DNA from: a virus
Taxonomy: Duplodnaviria > Caudoviricetes
Strand: one strand, 5' to 3'
Virus record (IMG/VR): IMGVR_UViG_3300042997_000909
Location: 32,001 to 96,000 of that record
DNA: 64,000 bases
Both the position numbers and the translations under genes were made by a program. Below, piece by piece: positions 29,881 through 38,246 of the stretch; the stretch's first letter is position 1, and every line of letters starts with the position of its first letter. The notes below the pieces were generated by a model. The model saw nothing but the letters and a program-made list of their open reading frames with translations. It searched no databases and was not told where the DNA came from.

Positions 29881-30057
29881 CTACGTTGTTTTTCTTGAAT
29901 TTGCAACCATGGCAAGAGTACCACATACACCTGATAGCAAAAATGCTATTGTGCAATACATTAAGTCATCACTATTACTAGTCATAAACATACATGCAAA
30001 CGATGCTAACATGCATCCTAGCATGATATACATTACAATTGTGTCAAATCTTTTCAT
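29881..30057 (-). CDS. Small membrane protein (58 aa)
   Basis: Hand-translated MKRFDTIVMYIMLGCMLAS... Confidence 0.5.
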   Translation of the reverse strand: MKRFDTIVMYIMLGCMLASFACMFMTSNSDDLMYCTIAFLLSGVCGTLAMVANSRKTT

Positions 30058-30155
30058 ACACTTTTCTGTTTTTAATTAATAATTCCAAAAAAAGTGGGTG
30101 TATACGCCATTGTACACACCCACCTTCATGGTCTTTTACAACCACTGCAAAATAT

Positions 30156-30545
30156 CTACTGTTTCTTCTCCTCTTTCTCCTCTTTGAAAAACTTGTGCTC
30201 TAACATGCGAGGTAACAAATCAAGATTGTAATCAATATCAGCATATGTAACTGAACCTGTGACATCAAATCCCATTTTGAACGCATACTTCAAACGCTGA
30301 ATGTTGCTTTTTACAAATTGAAAAATTTCATCATTCTTTTTGTACTCTTGGTCTAAAAGATTCAAGTAGTGTTCTTCTCCATTTCTTGCTGATGCAGTAG
30401 CTTCTTTCCAATATTCAATCTCTTTAAGTTGATTGTTTATTGTTTCTAACGCTAAATCAAAATCAGCTCTTGTTAGTTTTGTCTCTTCAGACTTTGTACC
30501 ATTTTTTTTAAGGTTGATGGTTCCTTTTTCTTTTTTTTCTGCCAT
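30156..30545 (-). CDS. Hypothetical protein
   Basis: 129 aa ORF followed by a hairpin at ~30094-30124. Confidence 0.7.
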   Translation of the reverse strand: MAEKKEKGTINLKKNGTKSEETKLTRADFDLALETINNQLKEIEYWKEATASARNGEEHYLNLLDQEYKKNDEIFQFVKSNIQRLKYAFKMGFDVTGSVTYADIDYNLDLLPRMLEHKFFKEEKEEKKQ

Positions 30546-30669
30546 GATCTGTGTGGTTTTGATCCATTAAAAGTTCCTTCAAGGACAACTCTGTCCTCTC
30601 TTAATCCATCTACGCATATTGCGCAGACAATTGCTGTGTCTGATATACAGCGTTTACAAATGCTCTCCA

Positions 30670-30948
30670 TTAATCTGATTCTTTTCCTAAATGTGTCCAA
30701 TCTCCATCTTCCAAAATCCATACGTCATCAACATAACCTGATGGGTTAAGAACATACATGGTTGATGGGAATTCAAGTACTATATGGCTATCCTTACGTT
30801 TTACAACACTAATAACCTTTTCTTTTTCATACTTGAGAACGCAATTTACGAATTTTTTCTCATCTTTTGTTAAGCGTTTTGAGTAGGTCTTTTGTGCATC
30901 AGCACTGGTCACACCTAATAGGACCATAATAAACATCACTATTTTCAT
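30670..30948 (-). CDS. Hypothetical protein with signal peptide
   Basis: MKIVMFIMVLLGVTSADA. Confidence 0.6.
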   Translation of the reverse strand: MKIVMFIMVLLGVTSADAQKTYSKRLTKDEKKFVNCVLKYEKEKVISVVKRKDSHIVLEFPSTMYVLNPSGYVDDVWILEDGDWTHLGKESD

Positions 30949-31199
30949 ATCTTTACTTTTTTGATACTTGTAATATGAAACATGTCTTTTGTCAAAAAAC
31001 CATCAACAATGTGTCCATGTTTTATTAATTCTTTTGGTATTTCGCTGAGGTTACATATCTTATGAGTTGTAGAAGTTATTCTGCTTCCCACATCAATGTT
31101 GTCATCTGCAAGGTTATACATCTGTTTGATTACGACCCAATCATCCTTGCTCTTTTGTAGTACATTGCTCATTGTAACTACTTTGTCTTTGTTATTCAT
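30945..31199 (-). CDS. Hypothetical protein
   Basis: ORF starting MNNKDK. Confidence 0.55.
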   Translation of the reverse strand: MNNKDKVVTMSNVLQKSKDDWVVIKQMYNLADDNIDVGSRITSTTHKICNLSEIPKELIKHGHIVDGFLTKDMFHITSIKKVKI

Positions 31200-31306
31200 G
31201 TTTGTATTATTACAAAGGCATTTAACCACAAAAGAGTCATTCCTTGTAAGCCAAAGAATAACTCTAATGCAGTTGGAGAGTGAGCTACTTTAGCTCAGGA
31301 CATATC

Positions 31307-31567
31307 TTACAGATTATCACTTGTGATAAGACTGTCAAGATCAGAATACTTACCAGAATAAACTTTCTTGGACTGCACGCCTTCAACCCATATTGAGTCT
31401 TCAGACACTTCCAAGTAGTATTCAATGTCAATGTTGCCACCAACATCAGTATAATCTCCTTTTGGAGAAGTTTCAACTGGATTTGCACATGCTAATCCTA
31501 TACAAAATCCTGCTACTAATGTACATAGCGCAATGATTGATACTAAAAGTGTTTGTCTTCCTGACAT
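31307..31567 (-). CDS. Membrane-anchored small protein
   Basis: N-terminal hydrophobic helix; C-terminal SLITSDNL. Confidence 0.6.
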   Translation of the reverse strand: MSGRQTLLVSIIALCTLVAGFCIGLACANPVETSPKGDYTDVGGNIDIEYYLEVSEDSIWVEGVQSKKVYSGKYSDLDSLITSDNL

Positions 31568-31657
31568 ATATTTTGAATTTATGAAACAAAAAAAAATGGA
31601 GCCTCATGGTTATCCAAGCTCCAGCCAACCTTTTTAGTAGGATTTTCTCACATAGAA

Positions 31658-31867
31658 TTACTTCAAGCTCGCCTTGTACTTAGCCTTAGCAATCTTCAGC
31701 TCTAACTTCTCGCTTGGAGTTTTAGCAAATACACTTTTATCAATAGTCACTCTGTGCTTATTGATTTGTATACTTAACTCCTCACGCAAGTTGTTAGCAG
31801 CGTTAGATGCATCAGACTTTGGTACAAGTTTCACATTAACTCTTGTGGCAAAGTGTAACTTCTGCAT
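31658..31867 (-). CDS. Small basic protein
   Basis: MQKLHF...; TACCTTTG box at 31902-31909. Confidence 0.6.
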   Translation of the reverse strand: MQKLHFATRVNVKLVPKSDASNAANNLREELSIQINKHRVTIDKSVFAKTPSEKLELKIAKAKYKASLK

Positions 31868-31962
31868 TTGTTTGTATATAAAAACGTTAATAAATTTCTG
31901 ACAAAGGTAAAAAAAGGAGGAATGCATTACACACTCCTCCTCGTTGCTTTAACTTCCCACGG

Positions 31963-32391
31963 TTATTGCATTGTATCTTCAGTAGACTCATGAGCGATTC
32001 TTATACAAGAAACCTCTTGAGCAAGAGCTAGTCTGTCTTCTGACAGACCATTCTTCAGTTCTTCAAGCGTTACGTTGATCCATGTCTCTTCAATCCATTC
32101 CTGACCATCATATTCTCCAACAGAATACTCACAACCATCAGGAATATGAACTAATACAAGTTCTGCATGATTTCCAGAGACAAACTCACTGCCTTTCTCT
32201 TCAAACAAGTCAATAAGAATTGGATCTTCTCTGTTTAAATCAATGTAGTGCTTTTCACCATCCATTTCTACAACAAGATTATAACTGTCATCAATAACAG
32301 TAAAAACTTTGTTGCTTCTTTTAAGCCATTCAAGACCTGCTTGAACAGAAGTTCCATAACCACCATAACATTTGTTCACTAATACTTTCAT
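31963..32391 (-). CDS. Hypothetical phage protein (NKCYGG..EYDGQE type)
   Basis: Recognisable recurring phage motif pattern. Confidence 0.75.
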   Translation of the reverse strand: MKVLVNKCYGGYGTSVQAGLEWLKRSNKVFTVIDDSYNLVVEMDGEKHYIDLNREDPILIDLFEEKGSEFVSGNHAELVLVHIPDGCEYSVGEYDGQEWIEETWINVTLEELKNGLSEDRLALAQEVSCIRIAHESTEDTMQ

Positions 32392-32419
32392 ATTCTTTAA
32401 ATTTACATTGTTTAAACAT

Positions 32420-33540
32420 CAAAAAACTAATGATATGTTCAATGCCATACTACTATACTTCATATGGCATTAGGAAATCACTCCTATAGGGTTCGCACGA
32501 CTGGCGTATACCCTACAAACTTCATGCAGTGCACCTGTATTACTACAACGCTTTGAGCCTAAGCAACTATTTATACTCGCTCAAACGAGTTTGAAAGGCT
32601 GAGTGTTGACCTTTCATATCGTGATTCTGACAACTTTCGTCATCTTACACACACTTGCGGTTAAGCAAGTACACGACATACTCAACAGAATAGGTTTCTG
32701 TCTGACCACTACGTACTGGCTCATAGGTTCCTTTTCCTACCAACTTCCCTGCAAAGGATTTACAAGATGCCTCCTGTTAGTTAGATAGTAATCATTTCCC
32801 TTGTCATCTGTCTTGCGAACGTCAAACATCTGCATATTACAGCAGAATAAGAGTATTATCACCAATACGTGCTTGGACACTTTTGCTTTTCTCTTTAAGT
32901 TATAAAGTTTTAAGCGGTCCAGGAATTGTGAAAGAAGTGGCCCAAGCGCACAGCATCATGCTACCTTTTGAGTAGTTTAGATACGACTTCTTTCTGTTTT
33001 CACCTGCCAAGGATACTCACTGTTCATTGTAATTGCCCACGGTATTTCTACCAACAGACTACAAAAAACTAACAAACGCTTCAGAGTTGGCGACTCCTAC
33101 TACAATTTGCTTACTACACTCTTCTATTGAGATTTCTCTCTCAAACTCCTGCCTGTCAGAAGTTCTGTAATACTGTGCATCAACCGTTAGGCCACAAGCA
33201 CACCATACTACAGGGAATATAGTACCTTTCAGAAGACAGAGATTACTCTCTGCGCAATGTGCTACCAACACATCACTTTATACCATCACTGGTTTATCCT
33301 ATGGTCACGAAGGCTGACCTGTTGTTTCAGTAACTCCACAAGGGAGCTTAACGCATACGCCATGAGTATTTCAACTCTGAGGGCAACAACAATGTATACT
33401 TATGGTCAGGTTCTCACCCTGACCGTATCCCCCATTCTGCTATGTTTCAAGACAGACCCAGGGATTCTCACTTGTCTGTTATGGTGAGCCAACGCCAGCA
33501 ACTTACTGGATAGACGCCTGGTTAAAGGAAAGACGCCAAT
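32420..33540 (-). ncRNA. Putative giant (~1.1 kb) structured non-coding RNA, GOLLD/ROOL-like class
   Basis: ORF-poor; multiple GNRA and T-loop hairpins that read correctly only on the minus strand; long-range complementarities. Confidence 0.7.
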
Positions 33541-33548
33541 ACTTTATC

Positions 33549-33917
33549 TTAATAGGTAATTTCAGGGATATACTGCTTGATATTAGCAAGTACTTCCTCA
33601 ATAGTCCTATAATCCACTTTGACATAACACTGAGAGTCAATGTCAATATCTCCTTCCCATCCTACATTCTTCACACAAGAGAAATAGAAATACTGATGCT
33701 TATCAAGTACAAAGGTATACATAGTACACCTATAATCAAGTTCGCGGAAATCTATCTTGTGCTTTTCTTTAAAAGACTCAGAAGCAAAAACATCAGGGTT
33801 AAGAGAACACAATGTACCTAATGCTATATTGTATTCATTACTACTAATAAAAGAACTACTATCTAATGTATGTTCTCTATCAAGTTCTAAGTATGCAATC
33901 ATACGTGCTCTTTCCAT
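33549..33917 (-). CDS. Hypothetical protein
   Basis: 122 aa ORF. Confidence 0.6.
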   Translation of the reverse strand: MERARMIAYLELDREHTLDSSSFISSNEYNIALGTLCSLNPDVFASESFKEKHKIDFRELDYRCTMYTFVLDKHQYFYFSCVKNVGWEGDIDIDSQCYVKVDYRTIEEVLANIKQYIPEITY

Positions 33918-34013
33918 GGGTAAAAAAGTTTTGAAGGTTTGTACTGAAGGTGTGAATAGCTATATAGTGTCACAATACTATGCGTTAATCACACAAAAAC
34001 TCAAGAGTAAAGA

Positions 34014-34052
34014 AAGGTGTAGTGAGGGATTTCTCCCTCACACTCACCTCCT
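34014..34052 (-). terminator. Intrinsic terminator
   Basis: GUGAGGGA-GAAA-UCCCUCAC extended stem followed by UUUCUUU on the minus strand. Confidence 0.65.
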
Positions 34053-34071
34053 CTAATGCAAGTGGATACTA

Positions 34072-34569
34072 TTATTCTCCACCAGGCAACATGCCTTTGC
34101 CACTGTTAAGTGTCTTAGACGCGCTAACCTCTGCCTGATTATCGTGAACCACGTTCACATCATGCATTTGATCAGCGGTATCCCACTTAACAAAGCGTAA
34201 AATACGCTCTCCACCAGCAGTCAACGCAGGACCATCAGCACCAGCACGCTTGATATAACTATCAATTGCTTCCTCATAGGCCACGTCATCACGTAGGAAC
34301 TCCTTCGCGATATCTGCAGGTACTTGAGATTCTAGGTACTCAAGTGCAACCAATTTACCTGGTACTTGCAAACCTTTACAAGAGGTCACGAATGCCTCAA
34401 GCGTAGCGGTTTTACCACGTAAAAGACAAGTGCGCTTAACTTCGCGTACCCATCCAGCGGTCATTACAATAGCACTTTGCTCTAATTGTACATAACCAAA
34501 ATCAGCGTTTGTGTCGTACGCTGTCACGATTGTGCCCTTCTTTCCAGGGACGATTCTAACATTACTCAT
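34072..34569 (-). CDS. Putative early protein, paralog of 35411-35902
   Basis: FGYVQLE..GWVRE.KRTCLLRG..KRAG.DG motifs shared with the paralog. Confidence 0.85.
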   Translation of the reverse strand: MSNVRIVPGKKGTIVTAYDTNADFGYVQLEQSAIVMTAGWVREVKRTCLLRGKTATLEAFVTSCKGLQVPGKLVALEYLESQVPADIAKEFLRDDVAYEEAIDSYIKRAGADGPALTAGGERILRFVKWDTADQMHDVNVVHDNQAEVSASKTLNSGKGMLPGGE

Positions 34570-34592
34570 ACATCAAGAGTTTTAAATTAATA

Positions 34593-34617
34593 CTGAATTC
34601 ATTGGGGGTTGTGGTGT
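34593..34617 (-). promoter_or_regulatory. 25-bp early-region motif, copy 1 (candidate phage RNAP promoter)
   Basis: CTGAATTCATTGGGGGTTGTGGTGT (+). Confidence 0.55.
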
Positions 34618-34978
34618 TGGACAAATCAGCGTGTCATACACCTTTCCTCAAGGGTGGCTTAGAACCTATCCTCACCTTGGGGAAAAAACTGCTGCGTATC
34701 GTATGCCTACCTGTGCACTCCCCTTCCCCCAAGTTGGGGACAAAAAACTGCACAACTTGACGCAATGTGTGATAGAGTGTACTCCATCCACTATGCATAC
34801 TGTGTGCAGCTTGTCCCCAAGGGTTGATTTTATTTTGAGAGCATTGGCATCAACATGCACGCCCAGAATACGCACATGAATCCAACAGCAGGTAGAATGT
34901 GTGTGCCCCTTGACATCAACACTCCACTAAATACACCCAGGCAGACCACTGCCCAGATGTATAACATCACTTGCTTTT

Positions 34979-35323
34979 TCATGCTGATAAAGAGTAATCA
35001 CGTTTGCGATAGTTCTTCACTCTTGTGCAAGTGTAGGAAGACTTAACACTCTGGCGTCTATTTGCATAAGGCGCCCAAGTGATAAGCATGTACTCGCCAG
35101 GGAAATTCTTGTGGCGCTTGTTAGCAACTAAAGTCACTTGCAAGTCGCCACATAATCCTGGCACAGTACTGGCCATCATGATTCCATATCCACAAGGAGA
35201 TATTGCGAATCTGATACCTTCAACCTCTTCAACGTGAAATGTTAACACGTTATTCTTTTTCATCCAGCTGTGAAGAGGTGTTGAATCAAGCCACTGGAAA
35301 TTGTAATTTGATGCTTTCATGGG
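34979..35323 (-). CDS. Hypothetical early protein
   Basis: MKASNYNF... with A-rich leader. Confidence 0.55.
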   Translation of the reverse strand, partial: PMKASNYNFQWLDSTPLHSWMKKNNVLTFHVEEVEGIRFAISPCGYGIMMASTVPGLCGDLQVTLVANKRHKNFPGEYMLITWAPYANRRQSVKSSYTCTRVKNYRKRDYSLSA

Positions 35324-35367
35324 AATTGTTTTTAAAGCATTAATAAAAGTCACGCACTTAATTTAAA

Positions 35368-35400
35368 GAGAGACACGCCTGCGTGATAGACGTGCCTCTC
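35368..35400 (-). terminator. Intrinsic terminator-like hairpin
   Basis: GAGAGGCACGUC...GGCGUGUCUCUC followed by UUU. Confidence 0.55.
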
Positions 35401-35410
35401 ATAGGACTGT

Positions 35411-35902
35411 TTAGAATGGTGCGTCCTCTGATTTAGCACCCTCTGCTTTGGAAGCAGCCACCTCAGCGATGTTATCGTGAGAGATGATGATGTCTTGGGT
35501 AATACCCGCTCCATCATACTCTGTGAATCTCACGATACGCTTTCCACCTTTGGTAAGGTGAACGCCATCTTGACCTGCGCGTTTCAAGTAAGGCTCAAGA
35601 GCTTCCTCAAGACTGATGTCATCGCGCAGGTTAGACTTTGCGACATCAGCAGGAATTTCATCCTCAAGATACTCGCGCACTGCTATGCGTCCTGGAAGTG
35701 TTTTGGTAGCAGCGACCAAATCTTCTAAGCGTGCAACAGTACCTCTCATAAGGCATGTGCGCTTAGAATCACGTATCCAACCCTTCTCAAAAGAGGTTGC
35801 AACGGTTTCCAGGACAATGTATCCAAACTCTTTGTTTGTTGAATACACGTTTACTAATACTCCTTTAGCATTAGCTTTGATAGTTACAGCGTTTGTTGCC
35901 AT
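35411..35902 (-). CDS. Putative early protein, paralog of 34072-34569 (possibly SSB-like)
   Basis: Start at MATNAV; acidic-aromatic tail EDAPF. Confidence 0.85.
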   Translation of the reverse strand: MATNAVTIKANAKGVLVNVYSTNKEFGYIVLETVATSFEKGWIRDSKRTCLMRGTVARLEDLVAATKTLPGRIAVREYLEDEIPADVAKSNLRDDISLEEALEPYLKRAGQDGVHLTKGGKRIVRFTEYDGAGITQDIIISHDNIAEVAASKAEGAKSEDAPF

Positions 35903-35985
35903 AATCGTGGGAATGGTTGACCTAAGCACCAAAAGGTTCAAATATAAAATGTGTACTATAATTCTAAAGGCCATAGTACTGATGC

Positions 35986-36010
35986 CTGAATATCTTGGGA
36001 GTTGTGGTGT
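35986..36010 (-). promoter_or_regulatory. 25-bp early-region motif, copy 2
   Basis: CTGAATATCTTGGGAGTTGTGGTGT (+). Confidence 0.55.
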
Positions 36011-36234
36011 ACAACGTGCAAGGCAATGTGTGTTGGACAACAGGTTAATAGAAACACAGAGCATCATGTATGACACTCTGTGGTTCGTCCTGCGCAGGCA
36101 CGTGGCATCCCACCACGTCTTTGAAATCACTTGCAATTATCTCTGTAGTAAGCGTATGCTTCTGACAAAGACAATGCAATGATTTGTACTCCTGCAATGT
36201 AGTATGTTTTGTACATTGTATGGATTTTGTTGTC

Positions 36235-36259
36235 CTGGATGTCATGGGGGGTGTGGTGT
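36235..36259 (-). promoter_or_regulatory. 25-bp early-region motif, copy 3
   Basis: CTGGATGTCATGGGGGGTGTGGTGT (+). Confidence 0.55.
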
Positions 36260-36444
36260 AGCTGGGTGATGGCGGGGGTTGATTCAATAGACAGTACTCA
36301 TATTCTCTTCCTCAGAGAGATTTCAATACTCAAAAAAATTTTATAGATTTGTGAGTGCATACCAATTTGCACCATAGAGTTTTCTATAGAAATAATTTAC
36401 TCTAGAAAGATGAAAGGGGGGTAGTTGCTGATGCTACCTCTTTT

Positions 36445-36939
36445 TTATGACCAGTGGTTATTAGGTTTCTCCCAATAGAATTCTAGTTCGCGGTCTGACT
36501 CTTTGTAGTATCTTCCTACTATGTCTGATTTGTATATGCTATCCATGTTTTCAAACAATGCTGCTGTGTGATATGTGATGCCTGCAACATCTAAGCATTC
36601 TGTGATCCATGTGTAGTTCTTACCAGTAATCACGCCTGCTTCTACGAGAATCACGTTATCATAGTGCTGGAATTTGCGAATACCCATTGCGTTTGTCTGA
36701 TCTAATAGCTGTCTTATATATGATACCTTATCCTCATCTGGGTATGGTACGTCCACAAAGGTCATATCTAGCATCTCGCCATCTTTGCTCAAGTGATGAG
36801 CCACATGCATTCCAACTGTTGCACTATAATCTGGACTAACCACCACGACTAATGTCTTACTTGGGTGTGTATCCAGACTTTCTAACTTTCTACAAAGTTC
36901 TTTGAGCACTGTCCATTCTAAATCACGTGATACATACAT
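36445..36939 (-). CDS. Divergent phosphoribosyltransferase-fold protein
   Basis: VILVEAGVITGKN resembles the PRPP loop; C-terminal FYWE. Confidence 0.6.
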   Translation of the reverse strand: MYVSRDLEWTVLKELCRKLESLDTHPSKTLVVVVSPDYSATVGMHVAHHLSKDGEMLDMTFVDVPYPDEDKVSYIRQLLDQTNAMGIRKFQHYDNVILVEAGVITGKNYTWITECLDVAGITYHTAALFENMDSIYKSDIVGRYYKESDRELEFYWEKPNNHWS

Positions 36940-36953
36940 AATAAAAGTTTTGA

Positions 36954-36999
36954 CAAATGTAATATAAATTTGTTGAGTTTAAACTTTTGAGTATATTTG
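36954..36999. promoter_or_regulatory. Divergent Bacteroidota sigma-type promoters
   Basis: TACATTTG on - (36954-36961); TATATTTG on + (36992-36999) with TTTG 19 bp upstream. Confidence 0.7.
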
Positions 37000-37021
37000 T
37001 CAAAACTTAAATAATATATTT

Positions 37022-37258
37022 ATGACAGAAGAAAAAGAAGAAGTATCACGCGAAGATGTCTTGGCATGGTACAAAGATCAGATCGAGTTAGCTACAGTAC
37101 GTGCAGACTTAGCAGAGCAGCAGGCACGCGCAGTACGCTTTGAGTCTGAGAGATTACAACACGTGGTTATGATTGCAAACATCAAGACTGCAGGTACTAA
37201 TATCATTGATGGTGAAGATGATAAAGAAGAAGAAAAATCACCAGAAACTAAATCTTAA
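37022..37258 (+). CDS. Hypothetical coiled-coil protein
   Basis: First gene of the right arm. Confidence 0.75.
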   Translation: MTEEKEEVSREDVLAWYKDQIELATVRADLAEQQARAVRFESERLQHVVMIANIKTAGTNIIDGEDDKEEEKSPETKS

Positions 37259-37269
37259 AAGTTTAAATT

Positions 37270-37545
37270 ATGAAGTTAATAGGAAGACGTGTTTTAATTA
37301 ACATACCAAAAAGACCAGAGTCAGTAATTGAGTTGACTCCAGAAACAGAACGTGAACTTGAAATGAAAATGATTGACAAGTGGATAGCACTTGAAGTCTT
37401 TGCAACAGGGGCTGATGTAGATTCAGTGAGTGTGGGGGATAAGGTTTATGTACCTTCTTCTGCTTTACAGAACGCAGAACGTATACCAGTGGATGGTGAT
37501 ACAAAAATGATGATTGGAGAATTTGATATTGCCATTGTATGGTAA
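37270..37545 (+). CDS. GroES-like co-chaperonin
   Basis: KLIGRRVLI, EVFATG.DV.SVSVGDKV, EFDIAIV. Confidence 0.7.
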   Translation: MKLIGRRVLINIPKRPESVIELTPETERELEMKMIDKWIALEVFATGADVDSVSVGDKVYVPSSALQNAERIPVDGDTKMMIGEFDIAIVW

Positions 37546-37573
37546 GGTTGACAATTTTTAAAAACCAAATAAT

Positions 37574-37891
37574 ATGAGTACAGAAAAAGAAAAACCAGAA
37601 TTAACAGAACCAACAATTGTCAATGAGGAGTTAATTGACATGAATAACATTTCCACTGAGAGTCGTGGAGAGCAGTTGGTAGGTATTGCATTTAACCCAT
37701 CTAGAGATAGTGAGGTTGATACAGTCAAACGCGCATGTGCATACTTGATTGATGTTATTGAAAAGCATCGTGAAGACAGCAGTGTTAATGGAACTCTTAC
37801 AGCAAACAGAGAGTTCTTAATGAATCATGCTCTTGGTGAAATCATCAATGCCCAAATGAATGTTGTCAAAGTTATTACATTCCAAAAGTAA
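37574..37891 (+). CDS. Acb2/Tad1-like helical protein (candidate cyclic-nucleotide sponge)
   Basis: GEQLVGIAFNPS..V..VK..A.LID...A..EI..AQM.VVK.IT pattern. Confidence 0.5.
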   Translation: MSTEKEKPELTEPTIVNEELIDMNNISTESRGEQLVGIAFNPSRDSEVDTVKRACAYLIDVIEKHREDSSVNGTLTANREFLMNHALGEIINAQMNVVKVITFQK

Positions 37892-37895
37892 GACT

Positions 37896-38246
37896 ATGGA
37901 TAAAAACTTTGAGTGTGTAGCAAAACCTAGTAATCCTTTATTAGTGAATATGCAGCAAACGTTTGACAATTGTTACACTGTTGCTAAAGCTAAAAACAAT
38001 GATTATGGTGGCACTAACAAAGACCCATTTGCCAATTTCAGAAATAGCACCATTGCAGGTGTGACTGTTGAGAAAGGTATTTTGGTGAGATTGATGGACA
38101 AGATGTCCAGAATATCTACCCTACTTGACAAAGAAGCTATGGTAAAAGATGAATCTATTATTGACACAATACAAGATGCTATCAACTACCTGGCTATCAT
38201 GAAAGCATTTATTGAACTAAAAGAAAAAAGAGATGAGCGTTGCTAA
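37896..38246 (+). CDS. DUF1599-like nucleotide-modification-associated protein
   Basis: KNNDYG..DPFANF..VRLMDKMSR..DESIIDTIQDAINY. Confidence 0.75.
   Translation: MDKNFECVAKPSNPLLVNMQQTFDNCYTVAKAKNNDYGGTNKDPFANFRNSTIAGVTVEKGILVRLMDKMSRISTLLDKEAMVKDESIIDTIQDAINYLAIMKAFIELKEKRDERC

Noticed and set aside
32603-33487. Short ORFs 32603-32788, 33059-33271 and 33257-33487
   Set aside because: Non-ATG or poorly contexted starts and atypical composition; better explained as chance ORFs within a structured RNA
32420-33540. Group I/II intron interpretation of the large structured segment
   Set aside because: Flanking genes look complete with their own starts and stops, and I recognised no P7 or domain V consensus; not fully excluded without cmscan
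35903-36182. N-terminal extension of ORF 35411-36136 and the antisense ORF 35616-36182
   Set aside because: Paralog alignment begins at MATNAV (35902), and the extension spans a regulatory motif
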